Shown: positions 12,891 to 23,520, numbered from the stretch's first letter. The stretch: DNA of 64,000 nucleotides from Raillietiella orientalis (GCA_036172245.1 JAYWIR010000022.1:124001-188000); one strand, 5' to 3'. The notes: generated from the letters alone by a model not told the origin. A program made the numbers and translations.

Positions 12891-13708
12891 GCTGTGCTTA
12901 TGAAATTTCATGTAGATGAATGTCGGAGGTTTTGTGGTGGCGTGGCACCATGCGTCGCGGGTTCGAATACTCCGGCAGAAACTGACGCCACTGCGCCGTT
13001 GGGTTCCGAGTTCCTCTTGCAATGGCGCTGGTGGGCCGAGACATTCGGGCGTGGCACCGGCGGTGGTTTAAGTCGGAGGCCCCCCATGAAGTGCGGAACA
13101 ATGGGAGTCGACCTTCGGGTCCTTCCAGGAATCAAGGAGTGGGGAGTTCCCCCTCCGGTCGTACAACGGAAAGCGGAATCCCCACACTGGGAGGACCCTT
13201 CCGGTTTCAAGATGGAGCAGAAGCCTTCACAGGCACCTCTCCAGTTGTTCAAGGAGCGGATCCCCCCTGTTGCGGGGAGGACTCTCCGAGCCTCCGCCTC
13301 TCCAGAAGAGTGCAAGGAAGCAAGCGAGGGCGTTCCCCCTGCGGGAAGCTGCAGCGCCCCTTTTGAGTTTCGGAAGCGTCCCTTCGGGGTTCTCTTCAGA
13401 GGAGTGAACAGGAGCCGTTCCCTTGCGGGCTCCCTCCGGAGAAGAAATTCCTACTAGCAGATCCTTTCCGGGTTCCCTTCGGAGAAGTTGCAATGGAGAG
13501 GACCATCCACCCCCCTTCGGGGTTCCGTAGAGGCTAAACTCCGTGTCCAGAATTGAAAGACAAATGGCCTTCAACTGCTTTGATATGTTTGGAGTAAGTC
13601 TGTTTTGTCGAGAATGCTCTGAATTCAAATGTAATCCTATTCATGCTAAGGAAAAAGTGCTTTTCTCTTGTGTATCTTGTAGTCAGTACCGAAGTGCAAC
13701 AAACTTAC
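12891..13708 (+). pseudogene. Interrupted, decayed duplicate of the Cys-rich sequence at 14958-15191 (inverted orientation)
   Basis: 12891-12916 is identical (26 nt) to the reverse complement of 15166-15191. 13547-13708 matches the reverse complement of 14958-15119 with 10 mismatches in 162 nt. The two blocks are separated by the 12924-13524 insertion. Confidence 0.75.
12924..13524 (+). mobile_element. tRNA-headed SINE-like element, copy A (5'-truncated)
   Basis: B-box-like gtcgcgGGTTCGAATac at ~12954-12970. Colinear similarity to the reverse complement of ~55240-55800. Absent from the paralogous site at ~15145-15160. Confidence 0.6.
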
Positions 13709-13868
13709 CTACAGCCACCCCATCCAAACCTGCCCCGACGAAACATTTTCGAGAGGGCGAAAGACTCGACTTTTGAGTACGATGCAAGTGGTTTTCGAAT
13801 TCTCATCTCAATCGCAGATAAAAGCCCTTGGAAACTTGCTGGGACTGTGATCAGTAGAGCGGATCGAT

Positions 13869-13925
13869 AGCAGCAACAGCATTCCATGCTGCTGCTGCTG
13901 CAGCAGCAGCAGTAGCAGCAGCAGC
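13869..13925. repeat. Compound CAG/CTG/CAG triplet repeat
   Basis: agcagcaacagca-ttcca-tgctgctgctgctg-cagcagcagcagtagcagcagcagc. Confidence 0.9.
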
Positions 13926-14881
13926 TTTTGCTTTAACTTGCAAGGCCGGGAAAAAAGGATTCCCAACTCGCTTCCTTTTCCCCTCAGTGGAACGCGTTCT
14001 GAAATGTTCTGAAAGCGTCCCACATTGCAGAACCTAAAAAAAGGAATGAAAAAATCACAAACATGGGTGTGCAAAAGAGCAGCCAAGATGCTTTTCTACA
14101 TGGCTTTTTATTTCGGTGAACGATTCATCTCGTACTCTACCTCAAGAGTAAATCGGAAATGCACTCAGATGACGCAGGCAGAGTCACATTTCACGTGAGT
14201 GCGTGGACTTCCGAATGCAATGGGAAAACAAAGTATGAGACTGAACATGCAGACAAGGTGAAGACCATAGCGGTGCTCTGAAAAACTGCAGATGGAAGCT
14301 GAAAGATGCCAAATAATTCATCACATGTGGAATGATTCTGTTGAAGCAGGCAGGAGCTGTTCACGGCTTCCTACCCAGACTTTGCGAGCAATTCTATCAT
14401 CCCGTCAATTTTCTGAAGCATACTCGTGCACAGTTCCATGTGTTACCTTGACATCTATGTTGAATACATAAATATTATTGTAGTCTTGCATATTGTATAT
14501 TAGAAGAAAAAAAGAAACATCGAAAACTAAATATCGCGTTATACAACCCACGCACATTATTATAAGAGCTGCTTAAGGAAGATACATTTCGAGATCTGCG
14601 TGCATATCATGTGCAAAACACTGTTAAACGTAAATCCCCTGACAAGGAGATGAACTGATCATTGGAGAAACATCACAAGTCTCTGGACAACCTTTTTGAA
14701 CTTTCTGGAAAGGAAAACAGCATCCTTGCACATGCAGAGGACCTCAACTTACAAGTTATACTAATTTGTAGATATTGGGAAGCATTCTTTCGGTAGAGAG
14801 AAAGAAGGTACTTGGATACTTCCAAACATGTTGCCACTTGGCAATTGTTTTGGAGCCCTGGTTAATTTTTTTTTAACTCAC

Positions 14882-15319
14882 AGTATGGATTTCATCATTT
14901 TTGCAAGAGCAGTTTTCATGCTGCGTAAGGTAGATTTGATGTCTGCAATTTCAGTTTGCAAGTTTGTTGCACTTCGGTACTGACTACAAGATACACAAGA
15001 GAAAAGCACTTTTTCCTCAGCATGAACAGGATTGCATTCGAATTCAGAGCATTCTCGGCAAAACAGACCTACTCCAAACATATCAAAGCAGTAGCAGGCC
15101 ATTTGTCTCTCAATTCTGGTCAGGAGTTCAGCATTAATGAATTGCTCTACGGCGGAGTACATACGTCTACATGAAATTTCATAAGCACAGCCATATTTGC
15201 AGTTGGCTTCCGAAGATCTCCACAGAGTGGTCTCTGTTCCAGGCACGCATGTTGCAACGATCTCACAGCAAATGTAGCGCACGAACTGGGGATCAACACC
15301 CACACCTCCAGACTTTCTC
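14882..15319 (-). other. Open Cys/His-rich reading frame followed by a coiled-coil-like segment; candidate exon or transposon ORF1 fragment
   Basis: Frame reads ...CYCFDMFGVGLFCRECSEFECNPVHAEEKVLFSCVSCSQYRSATNLQTEIADIKSTLRSMKTALAKMMKSIL. It ends at a GTGAGT donor (14881) and has a possible ttgctttaag acceptor at 15320-15321, giving 438 nt in phase 2-2. Confidence 0.35.
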
Positions 15320-17286
15320 CTTAAAGCAACTCGGAATGCTACGAGTCATTATTTCCAGTTTTTTGAGCCCTGGAGGATGGTGGGAATTCCAGCGGAATCA
15401 GCAAGTTCGGAACCGCCTGGGATTCAGGCCCGAAGTGCCTTGACACTCTCACCATTTCAGCAGTCTGGTGCCCGTAAAGGTGCTTAATGAATCACATTCA
15501 AGAAGAAGGCTCTCCATAATGAAACGCTCATTGTCTTTTAGGTTGTTCTTAAACAAGCTGCATCCTCAGATGAGTAAAATAAAATGGATATCGGAAGTAA
15601 ATCATGAGAGCAACACGAAGCAGAATGCAGCATAAGACAATTTAATTTTTGTATAACCCCCATGCAGGTGTCCCATCAGCAGTCTTTGTTATCTTTTTTT
15701 TTTTTTTTTGCCTGGAATCCATTCACCGTTGATATCATCGACGGAATGTCAATCGAATGTAAGCAATAATTACCCAGGTTCTCTCGTTGTGTTGCTTGAT
15801 TTACGTGAGGATAACTTTCAGGATAACTTCATCCAATGATAGATTGGATCAATAGGAATTCTGGAGATGAAGACCCACGCACACTTTTTCAACTGTTGCA
15901 TCGAACACAAAACACGATTTTGTGGATGCTTCCACAGTGAAATCACAATTCATAACCAATCTACCTGTTCATAATGCATAAAACGTAGCTTGAACACCAG
16001 TGTAAAATAACTCGTCTATACACTTTGAGGAATCTAAATTGACGTTTTCAAGTTATTCTCTCAATATCCTCATAGGAGTTGCTCCCTGCAGCATTGTGTA
16101 TACATTATGAGAAAATGCACTTCTAGAAGGTTCACTTTGCTTGAATCAATCAATTCAGCCGCCAGCATTTGCCATAAAGTACGCATCACTGATTTTACAG
16201 ATGTGAAGAGATTCAGCCCTAATATTTCAGTAATATATCAACACTTCAGCCCAACTGATATGGATTTTCATATAGATGTGGCACATCTGTTTTGTTTTAA
16301 CATCATGTAGTGAGAGAATGTGTTAAATATATGTAAATATCCTTCATGTTAAATATATTCTTCTCTTTTGCCGTGTCTTTGAGTAATTCTTACTGGAATT
16401 TAACGTTTCACCCACAGGTTCTAGATAATGCACACATGACTGCACATGTATATGTGCAGCCATGTGTACATTCTGGGTAATTTCTGTAGTAATACTGTAA
16501 GAGCATAAATTGCTCTGCATTCAGTCAGAACACCCGAAATGATCCACAATAACATTTCCAGTGCAAAAGATTACTCAAGTGAAAGATGTGGTCACTGGAT
16601 AAATATTCTTGAAAAATAACTGCAACATTCTTGTAACTGCATTTCAGATGATACTGCAAAAATCTACCTTGTTGGGAAACCTGCCCATCTCCAAATGTGA
16701 ACAGGTGGAAGCACTTGAGCTGAAATTCTGATAGGACGAAAAATGGGACAGACATAACATGCAGAAAGGAAAACTGAGTGCTCAGGAATTTGCTGTAACA
16801 GAGATTGAGAGATCAAGGTCAAGTGTGTAATAAATACTCAGACTGGCAACTGGGAAATATATCAGTGTACCTAGTGCACTTACACTCCAGAAGCTCACAA
16901 ATCAAGCAAACTGACGTTTTTCTTTTTTGGTAAACCATCAAAGTTAATAAACCAAATGAATCACATTTTACTTAAGAAAAAATCTGATATTCAAACTCTT
17001 CTTTGTAGTTTGAACTCACACAACCCCAGACATATTGTAGATACTTTAGGTCACATTGTATACAAGCAAAATTGCCCTGGATTCAACTTCCTAAGAAAAA
17101 TACCCAAATAAAATATTACAAGGTGGGTGGTCCAGATTAGGCTGCTGAACAACTTTGGAGTTCATGGAAATAAGGAAAGATTAGCAAAAGGAACAGCAAC
17201 ATGTTACCAAACAACCAATACAATCCAATGGTATTTTTGACAATACAGTATAAAAAAAGAGAATCAGCAGATCTGGCTCAATCATT

Positions 17287-17292
17287 TTTATT
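17287..17292 (-). terminator. Candidate poly(A) signal of CDK20
   Basis: AATAAA on the minus strand ~160 nt after the stop codon. Confidence 0.45.
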
Positions 17293-17452
17293 AAAATGTG
17301 CATTAGAATACAGACAGCTTGCAAAGTTATTTTTTTCTGTTTAGTGTTTCAACTTCCTTGAAACTTCCCAGAAAATTTTGAAAAATGACACACCAAAATT
17401 GCAATAAAAATCATTACCAAATTAAAAGTTGACATCATCATCTTCTTGAATG

Positions 17453-18760
17453 TTAACGACCAGTGTGATTTATTGAGGCAATTTCTTTCTGATCAGATTT
17501 TGTTTCTGGAATTGGAAGTTGCCATGGCTTAAGAGGGAATGGTTTGGTGAGAAAATATTCATCATTAAGGGCCTAAGGTACAAATTCATACTGTCACATG
17601 AAATCAGTTGGCTTACATCTGCAGCTGAAATTCGTTTCTTTTCATCGTACTGGAGAAACAGATGGATTAAGGCCAGAGCTGCCTCACCAACTGTAGGGAA
17701 TATCTCTTTCAACAAAATGCCATCCATCTGTGAAAAATGAATTTTATGGAAATCAGGCAGCAGTGTATGGCCTGGCCATGACTCTTCAGTTGGAGTTCCC
17801 AAGACCTTAATGACTCGACTCAGTTGATCAATATCAGTTTCACCCTAGAAATGGCAAGAGCATGAAACACAGTAACTACCATCTTACTGGGAAAACTGGG
17901 AATCCATTGATCAATTCTCCAAATATGCATCCAATGGCCCAAATATCTACACCTTCTGTGTAATTTGTAGAACCATATAATAGCTCTGGAGCTCGATACC
18001 ATTTTGAAGCTACTTGATGAGAATATGGTTTAACAGAATTCTTGTTATGTAAACGGCACAAACCAAAATCACCTATTTTTAGCTTTCCTTCAGAGTCTAT
18101 TAAAAGATTTGAAGGTTTTAGGTCCTTAACATCAGAAGTTTACTATACAGAAATTCTCATTACTTACCCTATGAATAATTCCTAATCTGTGGCAATGAGA
18201 GATGCCTTTTAAGAGCATAATCATATAAGCTTTGATACAACCTTCTGATAGTTTTCCAGCTTTCAGAACTTGTGACACATCAGATATCATATACTCAAGT
18301 ACTAACACAAATCCCATTCCATAAGGAAAGAAATCAATCAGTTTGATTACCTACAAAGTGAGTAAACCAAAAAAACATGGAATTATCATGGGGTACCCTT
18401 TCATCCTTTAGCAAATTAATACTCATGGCGAAGTTTTGTACAAACTATGCCAGACTGAAATTAAAACCGCATCAAAATCTTTTAATTCTACTTTAAAAAC
18501 GATAGGCATATGATGATCTTCGAAGGCTTCATTCATGATTGAAATGTGATTCATGATTGAGTTTCAAAACTTACATGTTCGTAATCAAGGTGCTGCAGTG
18601 CTTTTACTTCCCGAAACAACCGAATCGGTATTCCATTTTCAATTTTCTTAATGTGTATTTTCTTTAAAGCAACAATCTCTGCGGTGCTTTTTTTGCGTGC
18701 TTTCACAACTACACCATGGGCACCTTCACCAATGTTTTCCAAGATCGTATAGTTTTCCAT
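17453..18760 (-). CDS. CDK20: Cyclin-dependent kinase 20 (CCRK)-like, 317 aa; exons 18575-18760, 18168-18350, 17888-18124, 17617-17844, 17453-17572
   Basis: Spliced frame contains IGEGAHGVV, VALKK, PIRLFRE, HRDLKPSN, DFGLCR, YSHQVASKWYRAPELLYG, GETDIDQL. Four phase-0 GT-AG introns (224, 43, 43, 44 nt). GEGAHG and Y[S/T]HQVA are typical of CDK20. Confidence 0.92.
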
Positions 18761-18773
18761 TTAGAAGCTTCAT
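18726..18773 (-). promoter_or_regulatory. Out-of-frame uORF overlapping the CDK20 start codon
   Basis: gccATG at 18773, 13 nt upstream of the main ATG; reads MKLLNGKLYDLGKHW* and stops inside CDK20 exon 1. Confidence 0.45.
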
Positions 18774-20555
18774 GGCTACTTTGGAAATGCTATGAAACAA
18801 CTGCTCCAAACCTCTGCCCCCCAACAGTGCGGTGGTCAGCGAACCACGGAACCAAACTTCCGGATCGAAGTCTTCCGTCGTGGAGGCACCCAAGAGTTCT
18901 TTTCCTCAGGGCAACGTGTCCCTTCCGTGCACACCTCCGGGCAGGAGATAGCGGGCAAACGAAGAGGGCTGCTTCCGTCAGGTGGCCGCCCATTCCATCA
19001 CGGGGAGTTCGCTCTGTAGAAATTTCGAGATCCCAGTCGGCGAGACCACCAGAAAATCCCTCGGGGGTACCGTACAAAGGATTTGCTTTGTACAGGAGGC
19101 CAAGACCCGACCGCGTACAGCTCGGCTACGCATCAAAGTGTTGAGGCACTCAGATCATTTACTTTTGCTTGTTTTTCCGGTTGTCTTTTTTCGAGAACTG
19201 CATTACCCTGCCAGGAATGGTCAACTAGTATCTCTCCTTTAACAAAAGATCGAAGGATTTAACCATCAGAAGAAGCAAAATGAGCATTTTTTAATTTTTA
19301 GGATCTTCTTTAGATTTTTTAAAATTTCGGCGATCGAAGTTTTTCTCTTCAGTCTTGTCAGGGAAGCCACTGTGGCACCTAAAATGGAAGCACCTTCATT
19401 AACCAAGAAGTGTGCTCAGTTTCCTATTTTGCCCGTCGGCTTAAGCAGCAAACTAACCAAATGCCCTGTTCTATGTGAGAGGCTTTTCAGTTCCGGGGTA
19501 GAGTGAATGGCTTCTCTTGCTACCAGAACTCACATCAAACCTACAGCTTCCGCCGCCTTCTCTTACAATTCCAGCAACACGCCTGCTGTGCATGCGGCAG
19601 CAGCATGAAGTTCACGCTACCGTGAGCTTGTAAAAGTGATTCGGTAAAAAGTGACCCATTGCCTCGTGCTTTGAGATCCACTTATTTCTCCTGATGCGTT
19701 TTTCTTCTCTCTGCAAAAATTCTCACTTCCCACTGTCAAATGCTTTGCACCTTCCTGCTGAAGAAGTGCAAATTCGGTACCACTACGCGCCCGACGTGAG
19801 CAGCGGGATGCAATGATGGCACGCGAGAAAAAAATTTGCAGAGAATCCGTCAGACGCCTAGAATCAGTACAGGTGCCAAAGAAGAGCTCTGGGACGCGCG
19901 ATGTTGACCTGACTTGGCTGGGACGCTGTCAGGAATTAGGAATCGAAAAGTCTGGCCCTCGGCGAAGAATCGCGGCGAGTCAGGAGCATCCGGGTTGATT
20001 TCCTAGGCAAGAAGTCTATCTTTCATCTCGAGTGACGGAAGACGAGACGCTCGCGGTGGACTTCGCCACGACATGACCGACCAGTCGGGGTCAGCTGGGA
20101 GTGGCGAACGGCCAAACTGGGGCATCGGAGCGAAGCACAGATTTCGCCGAGCCGCAGGTGGCAGCGAACCGTATGCAGTTCTTGACTCCCCGGAGCAGAC
20201 ACGAGAGGAGCTGCACGATCGTGCCTCGGCATGCAGTGCCCCTGACTCTGGGAGTTCCATCCCTCCCTTTCTAGAGGAGCCTAGAGTGCCCTGACTACCT
20301 GGCTTAGGGAAGGGGGACTACCCTCCCTCTCCCCGGGATACTCACGGCCCAGCAATCGGGCAGCTCAAGACGTAAGAGGGCCTCCGTCGTGAATTCAGCA
20401 AAATCCCTAGCCCAAACCTAAGTGGAACCCACTTCCTGGAAGGGACGATGCTCCCGGAGGGAGGAATAATGCCTCTTGGAGGACCGCCCCCGAGCACCCC
20501 ACAGGAGTATCTCAATTCCGTAGCTTTTATGACCGAAACTTTCACAACAAACGCG

Positions 20556-23015
20556 TCAGCTGCTGGACGGAGTCCCCGGCAGCGGGCCGATGATCTCGAC
20601 GTCTCCGGGAGATGGCACATCCTTCCGGTTGTGGATCCTGCCCTTGCGGTACCTCTTCCGGCGGCGGACGAGGACAGAGAAGGCGCCCAAGCACATCATC
20701 ACGAAGCATGCGCTCAGGACGACCAGCACCGCACTCGTCTTCCCGCTCGCGAGGGCGTCCCGGAATTCTGGGGAGACAGGACGCGGGATTGGAATCTCCC
20801 GAGCGTTTTTCCCGCCCGCACCTCCTCCCGCCTTTCCCCTCGCGGTCCCCGTGGTCACCTCGCAAAAAGTGTCCGCGCGTTCTGTTCCCCTCGGTCAAGA
20901 GAGCCTCTTTTCCTTTGTCGGGTTGCCCGTGCCAGGAAGTCCTTGTGCTGCGGAGATTCTCGTCCGGAAGGGGGGTTCGTTCCGGAAGCGAGGGCTTCGT
21001 CACCCTCTGGGGAGGCGAGGTCACGAGCTCTGCGCCACCAGGACCGGGAGAGGTCGCGATGCTGTCGATTGCAAAAGCAGCCGCCGTCTCGTTCTTCGGC
21101 TCCCTCGCGGGATTCGACCCCTGTTCCACGGATTGACTCTCGCCCGACCTTTGGACCGTCCAGCTTCCGTTTGGTTCTGCGGATGGTCCACCCTGGTCGT
21201 CCTTCAGAGTCGAGTTTCGTCCACCCTGGTCGTCCTTCAGCGTCGAGTTTCGTCCACCCTGGTCGTCCTTCATTGTCGGCTTTGATTCACCCTGGCTTGC
21301 GGTCAGCATCGAGTTCGGTTCGTCCTGGTCTTCCGTCGGTGTCGAGATGGTCGCCGGCAGGTTTTCGTGCAGTGTCGTGGCGGATTGGTCATGTCCTGTC
21401 TTCTGGGTCGGGGTAGGTCTTCCCTGACTTTCGTCCGGTGTCGAGGCTGGTTTCCCGCTGCCCCTCGTCGTCGAGGCTGGTCCACCTTGATCTCGGCTCC
21501 CTTCCGAAGAGGGGGCGCCTCCATTCAAACTGACCTGCCAAAGGTCCTCTTGGAGGTTTCCGTTCGAGTCTAGGAGGACCGGGCTGGTGGGAGTGCGGTG
21601 CCCTTGCCCCTGTCGCTGCGGTGCATCACCGAGGCTGCCGTTCCTACAGGCGTCTGGGCAGTTGCGTACGACGGAACTTCCCTTGCTCGGGGCACTCACG
21701 TGAGGCCGGAGAAACCCTTATGCTTCTCCTCGCTGGGGTCGGCGCCCGACTGGCCACGCTTGGTCTTGTTTTTTACCACTCCGGCGTGGCTCGCGGACGC
21801 CGTCGCAGCTCCCGGAGTGCCTCCGCTGGCCTTCGTTGAGGTGATGGTCTTCAGCTGCCCCTGGTCAGGGGAAACCACGTCGCCGCTGAGGGCAAGAATG
21901 GAACGCATCCTGGCAGGTTCCACGCTCAAGGTGGTGTCGGGGGCTCCCGAAGGGTCCGACCTCGTCCATTTCTGGGTTTGGGACAGCTGTGCGTACCGCG
22001 CGAGTTCCATGACGACCAGGCAGAACGTGCGCCAGATCAAGGAGACGTAGGGCCGGGAGAGGTCGTGTGGGGTCGGATCCGTGTGCTGTCCCCCTGGGAC
22101 GTCTCCCTTGGAGGCCATCGCGGCAGCTGCGGCGGTCGGCGGTCGGAGGTGCTGCCGCGCCGATCCGCCGGCAAACGACGACGCTCTCCCCAGCTCGTTC
22201 GAGAGTTTCTGGCAATTCCTCAGGAAGCTCCCGAACATCTCGTGGAGGTCGGGGTCTAGGAGTCTTCTGCTCCAGAAGGCGTGCCGCAAGTGCGCGATCT
22301 CCTCGGAGACCTTGACGCAGTACCAGTGGACGTCGTTCCGGAGCAGCAGCAGGTGATTCCCTGCTTCCTGGACCAAGGTGTCCTGGAAACCGGCGCAGGG
22401 GACCCCTTCCGCCCCCTCGAGGCAAAAAGAGCTGTCCAGAGTGCATGCAAGGGTCTCCAGACACGGGAAGTGCTTCCGGATGGCGAGGAGGACGTCCTCC
22501 GTGACCTCCGCCGATAACTTCAGTGGGTCCTTTCTGGCGGAGCTCTGGAGCGCGTCCTGCCGAACCTCTTTCAGGCAAAGCGAGCAGTCCGGCCACTCCC
22601 TTAGGAAGAACGCCTTCATGCTGGGCCGTTGGACCTTTTCCAGGGTTTTGGAGAGCAAGTTCATGTAGCGGCAGTCCCAGGAGGAAGGACACAACGTGCT
22701 CTGCAGCTTCAGGACGAGCGTCGCCCATGTGGAGAATTCGTCAAGCGCCTGCTCCAGAATCTGAGCGCGCATGAGCAGCTCTCCGACCGTGCAGTCTGCA
22801 AGGGGGAGAGCCGAGAGATCACTCTGGTTTCCACCCACCGCGCGAGCTATGAGTCCACGGCGGCTCCTTGCCGCTCCCATCCTCCGCCTTCTTCCTCCGG
22901 ATCTATTCCCTTCCCTCCCGTGAGGCAACCTCCTACCTTGGAGCGAGCAGGAACTCGCCGCCTCGCAGGCCGCCAGGGCGAGCACGACGGACGCGAGCAG
23001 CCGGCGCATCCTCAT
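20556..23015 (-). CDS. Orphan type I transmembrane protein, 723 aa (signal peptide, Cys-rich helical ectodomain, mucin-like stalk, TM, short tail); exons 22937-23015, 21700-22795, 20859-21643, 20556-20767
   Basis: Three GT-AG introns (GTAGGA..ctctcccccttgcag 141 nt; GTGAGT..cctgtag 56 nt; GTGACC..ctgtctccccag 91 nt) join three separate ORFs into one 2172-nt frame. N-terminus MRMRRLLASVVLALAACEAASS; TM SAVLVVLSACFVMMCLGAFSVLV followed by RRRKRYRK. Confidence 0.8.
21186..21345 (-). repeat. 33-bp coding tandem repeat (about 3 good plus 2 degenerate units) encoding KDDQGGRNSTL
   Basis: Plus-strand unit gtccaccctggtcgtccttcagagtcgagtttc starts at 21186, 21219 and 21252. Confidence 0.9.
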
Positions 23016-23520
23016 CGCGCTCCCGTTCCTTAGGGATTGCACGCGCGGGTCTGGAGAACCCGGGACGCGTCCCCGGAAGCGGCGTGCGCGAGGGCTTTGC
23101 GAGCCCCTGAGGGCGATCCTTGCGCGCAAGGCGGCGCCGACGGCGGGGGCTAACGTGAGGTCTGAGTCTGTCCCCCGAGGGCAGGAAGAGGCGCTCCGTC
23201 CCTCCCTCACTGGATGAGGTGGCGCCGCTCGCAAGGGGATACCTCGTGGCGTTTCCGTTCCCCCCCCCCCCTTTTCCCGCGGCACCCGTCTATTTCTAGG
23301 AGCGCCCCCTCGCCTCGCTTCCGCTGTTGCCTTCCCCTCCGCTGCGGGCGGGCGCTCCAGACGAGCCGTCGAGAGGAGGCGGTCAAGGCCTTGAGGTGAC
23401 GGAACTCTCTGCTGGTGCGTGGGCAGGTGGAGACGGAGGACGACCGGCGCTGCTGGCGTGGAGGCAGCGTGGTTCGGTGAGGAGGCGCCCGCTCCAGGGT
23501 CTCCGTTGGCTCCGAGAGCT

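Noticed and set aside
12922..12977. Functional tRNA gene
   Set aside because: B-box and a possible acceptor stem only; T stem and anticodon arm do not pair, so treated as a SINE head
16560..16830. Rab-like words (HWINIL, KIYLVGK, AQEFA) on the plus strand
   Set aside because: Interrupted by stops, with no G1/G3 motifs; resemblance too weak to call a pseudogene
18790..19140. GC-rich patch upstream of CDK20 as an intron-embedded RNase P/MRP or SRP RNA
   Set aside because: None of the conserved motifs found; more simply promoter or 5'-UTR intron sequence
21696..21699. Programmed frameshift or overlapping stop-start between the 529-aa and 385-aa ORFs
   Set aside because: Fully explained by a 56-nt GTGAGT..TAG intron
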